A stretch of DNA of 64,000 nucleotides from contig OZ024740.1 of NCBI GenBank assembly GCA_964016885.1, positions 15,748,001 to 15,812,000 on the forward strand, read 5' to 3'. The DNA comes from Eledone cirrhosa (taxonomy: Eukaryota). Under the pieces are notes generated by a model. It was not told the DNA's origin, searched no databases, and saw only the letters and a list, made by a program, of their open reading frames with translations. The translations under genes were made by a program, and so were the position numbers. This document shows, one piece after another, positions 51,701 to 64,000 of the stretch (positions are counted from its first letter, which is position 1; each line of letters opens with the position of its first letter).

Positions 51701-54700
51701 ATACAGGTGTTACATGTGGTCTCTAGTAATAATGTTTAATATATGATACAGGTGCTACATGTGGTCTCTAGTAATAATGTTTAATATATGATACAGGTGC
51801 AGCATGTGGTCCCTGGTAATATTGTTTAATATATGTACAGGTGTTACATGTGGTCTCTAGAAATAAATGTTTAATATATGATACAGATGTTACATGTGGT
51901 CTCTAGTAATAATGTTTAATATATGATACAGGTGCTACATGTGGTCTCTAGTAATAATGTTTAATGTATGATACAGGTGTAACATGTGGTCGCTAGTAAT
52001 AATGTTTAATATATGATACAGGTGTTACATGTGGTCTCTAGTAATAATGTTTAATATATGATACAGGTGTTACATGTGGTCTCTAGTAATAATGTTTAAT
52101 ATATGATACAGGTGTTACATGTGGTCTCTAGTAATAATGTTTCATATATGATACAGGTGCAGCATGTGGTCTCTAGTAATAATGTTTAATATATGATAGA
52201 GGTGTTACATGTGGTCTCTAGTAATAATGTTTAATGTATGATACAGGTGCTACATGTGGTCTCTAGTAATAATGCTTAATATATGATACAGGTGCTACAT
52301 GTGGTCTCTAGTAATAATGTTTAATGTATGATACAGGTGTTACATGCGGTCTCTAGTAATAATGTTTAATATAAGATACAGGTGCTACATGTGGTCCCTA
52401 GTATTAATGTGTAATATTTACTTAAGTTATGCTACATGTTGTCCCTAGTAATGATGTTTAATGTATGATACAGGTGCTACATGTTGTCTCTAGTAATAAT
52501 GTTTAATATATGATACAGGTGCAGCATGTGGTCTCTAGTAATAATGTTTAATATATGATACAGGTGCTACATGTGGTCTCTAGTAATAATGTTTAATATA
52601 TGATACAGGTGCTACATGTGGTCTCTAGTGATAATGTTTATTGTATGATACAGGTGTTACATATGGTCTCTAGTAATAATGTTTAATGTATGATACAGGT
52701 GTTACATGTGGTCTCTAGTAATAATGTTTAATATATGATACTGGTGCTACATGTGGTCTCTAGTAATAATGTTTAATATATGATACAGGTGTTACATGTG
52801 GTCTCTAGTAATAATGTTTAATATATGATAAAGGTGCTACATGTGGTCTTTAGTAATAATGTTTAATGTATGATACAGGTGCAGCATGTGGTCTCTAGTA
52901 ACAATGTTTAATATATGATACAGGTGCAGCATGTGGTCTCTAGTAATAATGTTTAATATATGATACAGGTGTTACAAGTGGTCCCTGGTAATAATGTTTA
53001 ATGTATGATACAGGTGTTACATGTTGTCTCTAGTAATAATGTTTAATGTATGATACAGGTGCTACATGTGGTCTCTAGTAATACTGTTTAATATATGATA
53101 CAGGTGTTACATGTGGTCTCTAGTAATAATGTTTAATGTATGATACAGGTGTTACATGTGGTCCCTAGTAATAATGTTTAATGTATGATAGAGGTGCTAC
53201 ATGTGGTCTCTAGTAATACTGTTTAATATATGATACAGGTGTTACATGTGGTCTCTACTAATAATGTTTAATATATGATTTAGATGCAGCATGTGGTCTC
53301 TAGTCATAATGTTTAATATATGATACAGGTGTTACATGTGGTCTCTAGTAATAATGTTTAATATATGATACAGGTGCAGCATGTGGTCTCTAGTAATAAT
53401 GTTTAATATATGATACAGGTGTTACATGTGGTCTCTAGTAATAATGTTTAATATATGATACAGGTGCTACATGTGGTCTCTAGTAATAATGTTTAATGTA
53501 TGATACAGGTGTTACATGTGGTCGCTAGTAATAATGTTTAATGAATGATACAGGTGTTACATGCGGTCTCTAGTAATAATGTGTAATATTTACTTAAGTT
53601 ATGCTACATGTTGTCCCTAGTAATAATGTTTAATATATGATACAGGTGCAGCATGTGGTCTCTAGTCATAATGTTTAATATATGATACAGGTGTGACATG
53701 TGGTCTCTAGTAATAATGTTTAATATATGATCAGGTGTTACATGTGGTCTCTAGTAATAATGTTTAATATATGATACAGGTGCTACATGTGGTCTTTAGT
53801 AATAATGTTTAATGTATGATACAGGTGCAGCATGTGGTCTCTAGTAATAATGTTTAATATATGATACAGGTGCAGCATGTGGTCTCTAGTAATAATGTTC
53901 AATATATGATACAGGTGTTACAAGTGGTCGCTGGTAATAATGTTTAATGTATGATACAGGTGTTACATGTTGTCTCTAGTAATAATGTTTAATATATGAT
54001 ACAGGTGTTACATGTTGTCTCTAGTAATAATGTTTAATGTATGATACAGGTGCTACATGTGGTCTCTAGTAATACTGTTTAATATATGATACAGGTGTTA
54101 CATGTGGTCCCTAGTAATAATGTTTAATGTATGATACAGGTGCTACATGCGGTCTCTAGTAATACTGTTTAATATATGATACAGGTGTTACATGTGTTCT
54201 CTAGTAATAATGTTTAATATATGATACAGGTGCAGCATGTGGTCTCTAGTAATAATGTTTAATATATGATACAGGTGTTACATGTGGTCTCTAGTAATAA
54301 TGTTTAATATATGATACATGTGTTAGATGTGGTTTCTAGTAATAAAGTTTAATGTATGATACAGGTGTTACATGTGGTCTCTAATAATAATGTTTAATAT
54401 ATGATAGAGGTGCTGCATGTGGTCTCTAGTAATAATGTTTAATATATGATACAGGTGTTACATGTGTTCTCAAGTAATAATGTTTAATATATGATACAGG
54501 TGCAGCATGTGGTCGCTAGTAATAATCTTTAATATATGATACCTTGCAGCATCTGGTCTCTAGTAATAATGTTTAATATATGATACAGGTGTTACATGTG
54601 GTCTCTAGTAATAATGTTTAATATATGATACAGGTGTTACATGTGGTCTCTTGTAATAAAGTTTAATGTATGATACAGGTGTTACATATGGTCTCTAGTA

Positions 54701-57700
54701 ATAATGTTTAATATATGATACAGGTGCAGCATGTGGTCCCTAGTAATAATGTTTAATATATGATACAGGTGTTACATGTGGTCTCTAGTAATAATGTTTA
54801 ATATATGATACAGGTGTTACATGTGGTCTCTAGTAATAATGTTTAATATATGATACAGGTGCTACATGTGGTCTCTAGTAATAATGTTTAATATATGATA
54901 CAGGTGTTACATGTGGTCTCTAGTAATAATGTTTAATATATTATACAGGTGCAGCATATGCTCTCTAGTAATAATGTTTAATGCATGATACAGGTGTTAC
55001 ATGTGGTCTCTAGTAATAATGTTTAATATATGATACAGGTGCAGCATATGCTCTCTAGTAATAATGTTTAATATATGATACAGGTGCAGCATGTGGTCCC
55101 TAGTAATAATGTTTAATATATGATACAGGTGTTACATGTGGTCTCTAGTAATAATGTTTAATATATGATACAGGTGTTACATGTGGTCTCTAGTAATAAT
55201 GTTTAATATATGATACAGGTGCTACATGTGGTCTCTAGTAATAATGTTTAATGTATGATACAGGTGTTACATGTGGTCGCTAGTAATAATGTTTAATGTA
55301 TGATACAGGTGTTACATGCGGTCTCTAGTAATAATGTGTAATATTTACTTAAGTTATGCTACATGTTGTCCCTAGTAATAATGTTTAATATATTATACAG
55401 GTACAGCATGTGGTCTCTAGTCATAATGTCTAATATATGATACAGGTGTTACATGTGGTCTCTAGTAATAATGTTTAATATATGATACAGGTGCAGCATG
55501 TGGTCTCTAGTAATAATGTTTAATATATGATACAGGTGCAGCATGTGGTCTCTAGTAATAATGTTTAATATATGATACAGGTGCTACATGTGGTCTCTAG
55601 TAATAATGTTTAATGTATGATACAGGTGTTACATGTGGTCTCTAGTAATAATGTTTAATATATGATACAGGTGCTACATGTGGTCCCTAGTAATAATGTG
55701 TAATATTTACTTAAGTTATGCTACATGTTGTCCCTAGTAATAATGTTTAATATATGATACAGGTGCAGCATGTGGTCTCTAGTCATAATGTTTAATATAT
55801 GATACAGGTGTTACATGTGGTCTCTAGTAATAATGTTTAATATATGATACAGGTGCAGCATGTGGTCTCTAGTCATAATGTTTAATATATGATACAGGTG
55901 TTACATGTGGTCTCTAGTAATAATGTTTAATATATGATACAGGTGCAGCATGTGGTCTCTAGTAATGATGTTTAATATATGATACAGGTGCAGCATGTGG
56001 TCTCTAGTAATAATGTATAATATATGATACGGGTGTAACATGTGGTCTCTAGTAATAATGTTTAATATATGATACAGGTGTTACATGTGGTCTCAAGTAA
56101 TAATGTTTAATATATGATACAGGTGCAGCATGTGGTCTCTAGTAATAATGTTTAATATATGATACAGGTGCAGCATGTGGTCTCTAGTAATAATGTTTAA
56201 TGTATGATACAGGTGTTACATGTCTCTTGTATTAATGTTTAATATATGATACAGGTGTTACATGTGGTCTCTAGTAATGATGTTTAATATATGATACAGG
56301 TGCTACATGTGGTATCTAGTAATAATGTTTAATATATGATACAGGTGTTACATGTGGTCTCTAGTAATAATGTTTAATGTATGATACAGGTGCTACATGT
56401 GGTCTCTAGTAATAATGTTTAATATATGATACAGGTGCAGCATGTGGTCTCTAGTAATAATGTTTAATATATGATACAGGTGTTACATGTGGTCTCTAGT
56501 AATAATGTTTAATATATGATACAGGTGTTACATGTGGTCTCTAGTAATAATGTTTAATATATGATACAGGTGCAGTATGTGGTCTCTAGTAATAATGTTT
56601 AATATATGATACAGGTGCAGCATGTGGTCTCTAGTAATAATTTTTAATATATGATACAGGTGCAGCATGTGGTCTCTAGTAATAATGTTTAATATTTGAT
56701 ACAGGTGCTACATGTGGTCTCTAGTAATAATGTTTAATGTATGATACAGGTGTTACATGTGGTCTCTAGTAATAATGTTTAATATATGATACAGGTGCTA
56801 CATGTGGTCTCTAGTAATAATGTTTAATATATGATACAGGTGCAGCATGTGGTCTCTAGTAATAATGTTTAATATATGATACAGATGTTACATGTGGTCT
56901 CTAGTAATAATGTTTAATATATGATACAGGTGCAGCATGTGGTCTCTAGTAATAATGTTTAATATATGATACAGGTGCAGCATGTGGTCTCTAGTAATAA
57001 TGTTTAATATATGATACAGGTGCAGCATGTGGTCTCTAGTAATAATGTTTAATGTATGATACAGGTGTTACATGTGGTCTCTAGTAATAATGTTTAATAT
57101 ATGATACAGGTGCTACATGTGGTCTCTAGTAATAACGTTTAATATATGATACAGGTGCTACATGTGGTCTTTAGTAATAATGTTTAATGTATGATACAGG
57201 TGCAGCATGTGGTCTCTAGTAATAATGTTTAATATATGATACAGGTGCAGCATGTGGTCTCTAGTAATAATGTTCAATATATGATACAGGTGTTACAAGT
57301 GGTCCCTGGTAATAATGTTTAATGTATGATACAGGTGTTACATGTTGTCTCTAGTAATAATGTTTAATATATGATACAGGTGTTACATGTTGACTCTAGT
57401 AATAATGTTTAATGTATGATACAGGTGCTACATGTGGTCTCTAGTAATACTGTTTAATATATGATACAGGTGTTACATGTGGTCCCTAGTAATAATGTTT
57501 AATGTATGATACAGGTGCTACATGTGGTCTCTAGTAATACTGTTTAATATATGATACAGGTGTTACATGTGGTCTCTAGTAATAATGTTTAATATATGAT
57601 ACAGGTGCAGCATGTGGTCTCTAGTAATAATGTTTAATATATGATACAGGTGTTACATGTGGTCTCAAGTAATAATGTTTAATATATGATACAGGTGCAG

Positions 57701-60700
57701 CATGTGGTCTCTAGTAATAATGTTTAATATATGATACAGGTGTTACATGTGGTCTCTTGTAATAAAGTTTAATGTATGATACAGGTGTTACATATGGTCT
57801 CTAGTAATAATGTTTAATATATGATACAGGTGCAGCATGTGGTCCCTAGTAATAATGTTTAATATATGATACAGGTGTTACATGTGGTCTCTAGTAATAA
57901 TGTTTAATATATGATACAGGTGTTACATGTGGTCTCTAGTAATAATGTTTAATATATGATACAGGTGCTACATGTGGTCTCTAGTAATAATGTTTAATGT
58001 ATGATACAGGTGTTACAGGTGGTCTCTAGTAATAATGTTTAATATATGATACAGGTGTTACATGTGGTCTCTAGTAATAATGTTTAATATATGATACAGG
58101 TGTTACATGTGGTCTTTAGTAATAATGTTTAATGCATGATACAGGTGTTACATGTGGTCTCTAGTAATAATATTTAATATATGATACAGGTGCAGCATAT
58201 GCTCTCTAGTAATAATGTTTAATATATGATACAGGTGCAGCATGTGGTCCCTAGTAATAATGTTTAATATTTACTTAAGTTATGCTACATGTTGTCCCTA
58301 GTAATAATGTTTAATATATGATACAGGTACAGCATATGGTCTCTAGTCATAATGTTTAATATATGATACAGGTGTTACATGTGGTCTCTAGTAATAATGT
58401 TTAATATATGATACAGGTGCAGCATGTGGTCTCTAGTAATAATGTTTAATATATGATACAGGTGCAGCATGTGGTCTCTAGTAATAATGTTTAATATATG
58501 ATACAGGTGCTACATGTGGTCTCTAGTAATAATGTTTAATGTATGATACAGGTGTTACATGTGGTCTCTAGTAATAATGTTTAATATATGATACAGGTGC
58601 TACATGTGGTCCCTAGTAATAATGTGTAATATTTACTTAAGTTATGCTACATGTTGTCCCTAGTAATAATGTTTAATATATGATACAGGTGCAGCATGTG
58701 GTCTCTAGTCATAATGTTTAATATATGATACAGGTGTTACATGTGGTCTCTAGTAATAATGTTTAATATATGATACAGGTGCAGCATGTGGTCTCTAGTC
58801 ATAATGTTTAATATATGATACAGGTGTTACATGTGGTCTCTAGTAATAATGTTTAATATATGATACAGGTGCAGCATGTGGTCTCTAGTAATGATGTTTA
58901 ATATATGATACAGGTGCAGCATGTGGTCTCTAGTAATAATGTATAATATATGATACGGGTGTAACATGTGGTCTCTAGTAATAATGTTTAATATATGATA
59001 CAGGTGTTACATGTGGTCTCAAGTAATAATGTTTAATATATGATACAGGTGCAGCATGTGGTCTCTAGTAATAATGTTTAATATATGATACAGGTGCAGC
59101 ATGTGGTCTCTAGTAATAATGTTTAATGTATGATACAGGTGTTACATGTCTCTTGTAATAATGTTTAATATATGATACAGGTGTTACATGTGGTCTCTAG
59201 TAATAATGTTTCATATATGATACAGGTGCTACATGTGGAATCTAGTAATAATGTTTAATATATGATACAGGTGTTACATGTGGTCTCTAGTAATAATGTT
59301 TAATGTATGATACAGGTGCTACATGTGGTCTCTAGTAATAATGTTTAATATATGATACAGGTGCAGCATGTGGTCTCTAGTAATAATGTTTAATATATGA
59401 TACAGGTGTTACATGTGGTCTCTAGTAATAATGTTTAATATATGATACAGGTGTTACATGTGGTCTCTAGTAATAATGTTTAATATATGATACAGGTGCA
59501 GCATGTGGTCTCTAGTAATAATGTTTAATATATGATACAGGTGCAGCATGTGGTCTCTAGTAATAATGTTTAATATATGATACAGGTGCAGCATGTGGTC
59601 TCTAGTAATAATGTTTAATATTTGATACAGGTGCTACATGTGGTCTCTAGTAATAATGTTTAATGTATGATACAGGTGTTACATGTGGTCTCTAGTAATA
59701 ATGTTTAATATATGATACAGGTGCTACATGTGGTCTCTAGTAATAATGTTTAATATATGATACAGGTGCAGCATGTGGTCTCTAGTAATAATGTTTAATA
59801 TATGATACAGGTGTTACATGTGGTCTCTAGTAATAATGTTTAATATATGATACAGGTGCAGCATGTGGTCTCTAGTAATAATGTTTAATATATGATACAG
59901 GTGCAGCATGTGGTCTCTAGTAATAATGTTTAATATATGATACAGGTGCAGCATGTGGTCTCTAGTAATAATGTTTAATGTATGATACAGGTGTTACATG
60001 TGGTCTCTAGTAATAATGTTTAATATATGATACAGGTGCTACATGTGGTCTCTAGTAATAACGTTTAATATATGATACAGGTGCTACATGTGGTCTTTAG
60101 TAATAATGTTTAATGTATGATACAGGTGCAGCATGTGGTCTCTAGTAATAATGTTTAATATATGATACAGGTGCAGCATGTGGTCTCTAGTAATAATGTT
60201 CAATATATGATACAGGTGTTACAAGTGGTCCCTGGTAATAATGTTTAATGTATGATACAGGTGTTACATGTTGTCTCTAGTAATAATGTTTAATATATGA
60301 TACAGGTGTTACATGTTGTCTCTAGTAATAATGTTTAATGTATGATACAGGTGCTACATGTGGTCTCTAGTAATACTGTTTAATATATGATACAGGTGTT
60401 ACATGTGGTCCCTAGTAATAATGTTTAATGTATGATACAGGTGCTACATGTGGTCTCTAGTAATACTGTTTAATATATGATACAGGTGTTACATGTGGTC
60501 TCTAGTAATAATGTTTAATATATGATACAGGTGCAGCATGTGGTCTCTAGTAATAATGTTTAATATATGATACAGGTGTTACATGTGGTCTCAAGTAATA
60601 ATGTTTAATATATGATACAGGTGCAGCATGTGGTCTCTAGTAATAATGTTTAATATATGATACAGGTGTTACATGTGGTCTCTTGTAATAAAGTTTAATG

Positions 60701-63700
60701 TATGATACAGGTGTTACATATGGTCTCTAGTAATAATGTTTAATATATGATACAGGTGCAGCATGTGGTCCCTAGTAATAATGTTTAATATATGATACAG
60801 GTGTTACATGTGGTCTCTAGTAATAATGTTTAATATATGATACAGGTGTTACATGTGGTCTCTAGTAATAATGTTTAATATATGATACAGGTGCTACATG
60901 TGGTCTCTAGTAATAAAGTTTAATGTATGATACAGGTGTTACAGGTGGTCTCTAGTAATAATGTTTAATATATGATACAGGTGTTACATGTGGTCTCTAG
61001 TAATAATGTTTAATATATGATACAGGTGTTACATGTGGTCTCTAGTAATAATGTTTAATATATGATACAGGTGCAGCATATGCTCTCTAGTAATAATGTT
61101 TAATGCATGATACAGGTGTTACATGTGGTCTCTAGTAATAATATTTAATATATGATACAGGTGCAGCATATGCTCTCTAGTAATAATGTTTAATATATGA
61201 TACAGATGCAGCATGTGGTCCCTAGTAATAATGTTTAATATATGATACAGGTGTTACATGTGGTCTCTAGTAATAATGTTTAATATATGATACAGGTGTT
61301 ACATGTGGTCTCTAGTAATAATGTTTAATATATGATACAGGTGCTACATGTGGTCTCTAGTAATAATGTTTAATGTATGATACAGGTGTTACATGTGGTC
61401 GCTAGTAATAATGTTTAATGTATGATACAGGTGTTACATGCGGTCTCTAGTAATAATGTGTAATATTTACTTAAGTTATGCTACATGTTGTCCCTAGTAA
61501 TAATGTTTAATATATGATACAGGTGCAGCATGTGGTCTCTAGTCATAATGTTTAATATATGATACAGGTGTTACATGTGGTCTCTAGTAATAATGTTTAA
61601 TATATGATACAGGTGCAGCATGTGGTCTCTAGTAATAATGTTTAATATATGATACAGGTGCAGCATGTGGTCTCTAGTAATAATGTATAAAATATGATAC
61701 GGGTGTTACATGTGGTCTCTAGTAATAATGTTTAATATATGATACAGGTGTTACATGTGGTCTCTAGTAATAATGTTTAATGTATGATACAGTGTTACAT
61801 GTGGTCTCTAGTAATAATGTTTAATATTTGATACAGGTGCAGCATGTGGTCTCTAGTAATAATGTTTAATATATGATACAGGTGTTACATGTGGTCTCAA
61901 GTAATAATGTTTAATATATGATACAGGTGCTACATGTGGTCTCTAGTAATAATGTTTAATATATGATACAGGTGTTACAAGTGGTCCCTGGTAATAATGT
62001 TTAATGTATGATACAGGTGTTACATGTTGTCTCTAGTAATAATGTTTAATGTATGATACAGGTGCTACATGTGGTCTCTAGTAATACTGTTTAATATATG
62101 ATACAGGTGTTACATGTGGTCTCTAGTAATAATGTTTAATGTATGATACAGGTGTTACATGTGGTCCCTAGTAATAATGTTTAATGTATGATAGAGGTGC
62201 TACATGTGGTCTCTAGTAATACTGTTTAATATATGATACAGGTGTTACATGTGGTCTCTACTAATAATGTTTAATATATGATTTAGATGCAGCATGTGGT
62301 CTCTAGTCATAATGTTTAATATATGATGCAGGTGTTACATGTGGTCTCTAGTAATAATGTTTAATATATGATACAGGTGCAGCATGTGGTCTCTAGTAAT
62401 AATGTTTAATATATGATAAAGGTGTTACATGTGGTCTCTAGTAATAATGTTTAATATATGATACAGGTGTTACATGTAGTCTCGAGTAATAAAGTTTAAT
62501 GTATGATACAGGTGTTACATGTGGTCTCTAATAATAATGTTTAATATATGATACAGGTGCAGCATGTGGTCTCTAGTAATAATGTTTAATATATGATACA
62601 GGTGTTACATGTGGTCTCAAGTAATAATGTTTAATATATGATACAGGTGCAGCATGTGGTCTCTAGTAATAATGTTTAATATATGATACAGGTGCAGCAT
62701 CTGGTCTCTAGTAATAACATTTAATATTTGATACAGGTGTTACATGTGGTCTCTAGTAATAATGTGTAATATATGATACAGGTGTTACATGTGGTCTCTA
62801 GTAATAAATTTAATGTATGATACAGGTGTTACATGTGGTCTCTAGTAATAATGTTTAATATATGATACAGGTGCAGCATGTGGTCTCTAGTAATAATGTT
62901 TAATATATGATACAGGTGTTACATGTGGTCTCTTGTAATAATGTTTAATATATGATACAGGTGCTACATGTGGTATCTAGTAATAATGTTTAATACATGA
63001 TACAGGTGCTACATGTGGTCTCTAGTAATAATGTTTAATATATGATACAGGTGCAGCATGTGGTCCCTAGTAATAATGTTTAATATATGATACAGGTGTT
63101 ACATGTGGTCTCTAGTAATAATGTTTAATATATGATACAGGTGTTACATGTGGTCTCTAGTAATAATGTTTAATATATGATACAGGTGTTACATGTGGTC
63201 TCTAGTAATAATGTTTAATATATGATACAGGTGCAGCATGTGGTCCCTAGTAATAATGTTTAATATATGATACAGGTGTTACATGTGGTCTCTAGTAATA
63301 ATGTTTAATATATGATACAGCTGTTACATGTGGTCTCTAGTAATAATGTTTAATATATGATACAGGTGCTACATGTGGTTTCTAGTAATAATGTTTAATG
63401 TATGATACAGGTGTTACATGTGGTCGCTAGTAATAATGTTTAATGAATGATACAGGTGTTACATGCGGTCTCTAGTAATAATGTGTAATATTTACTTAAG
63501 TTATGCTACATGTTGTCCCTAGTAATAATGTTTAATATCTGATACAGGTGCAGCATGTGGTTTCTAGTCATAATGTTTAATATATGATACAGGTGTTACA
63601 TGTGGTCTCTAGTAATAATGTTTAATATATGATACAGGTGCAGCATGTGGTCTCTAGTAATAATGTTTAATATATGATACAGGTGCAGCATGTGGTCTCT

Positions 63701-64000
63701 AGTAATAATGTTTAATATTTGATACAGGTGCTACATGTGGTCTCTAGTAATAATGTTTAATGTATGATACAGGTGTTACATGTGGTCTCTAGTAATAATG
63801 TTTAATATATGATATAGGTGCTACATGTGGTCCCTAGTAATAATGTGTAATATTTACTTAAGTTATGCTACATGTTGTCCCTAGTAATAATGTTTAATAT
63901 ATGATACAGGTGCAGCATGTGGTCTCTAGTCATAATGTTTAATATATGATACAGGTGTTACATGTGGTCTCTAGTAATAATGTTTAATATATGATACAGG
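33717..64000. repeat. Satellite DNA array: 45-bp monomer GATACAGGTG(TTA/CTA/CAG)CATGTGGTCTCTAGTAATAATGTTTAATATAT with interspersed 47-bp variants
   Basis: Uninterrupted head-to-tail array over 30 kb (about 670 units by length) running off the window end; period measured from 33901 to 33946. Confidence 0.99.

Noticed and set aside
33717-64000. CRISPR-like array
   Set aside because: Monomers are contiguous with no unique spacers, there are no cas genes, and the context is eukaryotic; this is satellite DNA.

Overview
Eukaryotic, AT-rich, repeat-dominated animal DNA with no intact host gene. The SINE-like fragments and very dense (TA)n/(CA)n/(TATG)n tracts resemble a cephalopod such as Octopus; this is an inference. 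Bases 1-33.7 kb are a mosaic of mobile-element remnants inserted into microsatellites: (1) two families of short non-autonomous RTE-LINE derivatives, one starting with an HDV-like ribozyme fold; (2) a degenerate near-full-length Penelope-like element (Naiad-type RT plus C-terminal GIY-YIG) and other Penelope-like 3' ends; (3) about 14 sequence-diverse type I hammerhead ribozyme motifs, several in inverted duplications; (4) a FUT10/11-like fucosyltransferase fragment next to a hammerhead; (5) Helitron remnants; (6) a ~9-kb composite bounded by long inverted arms that carries a BACK-like ORF, an SGNH-hydrolase gene with two short introns and a truncated Helitron Rep/helicase. Bases 33.7-64 kb are one satellite array with a 45-bp monomer, interspersed 47-bp variants and kb-scale higher-order duplications. 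Most ORFs in the supplied track are microsatellite artefacts. All calls were made by eye without database searches.
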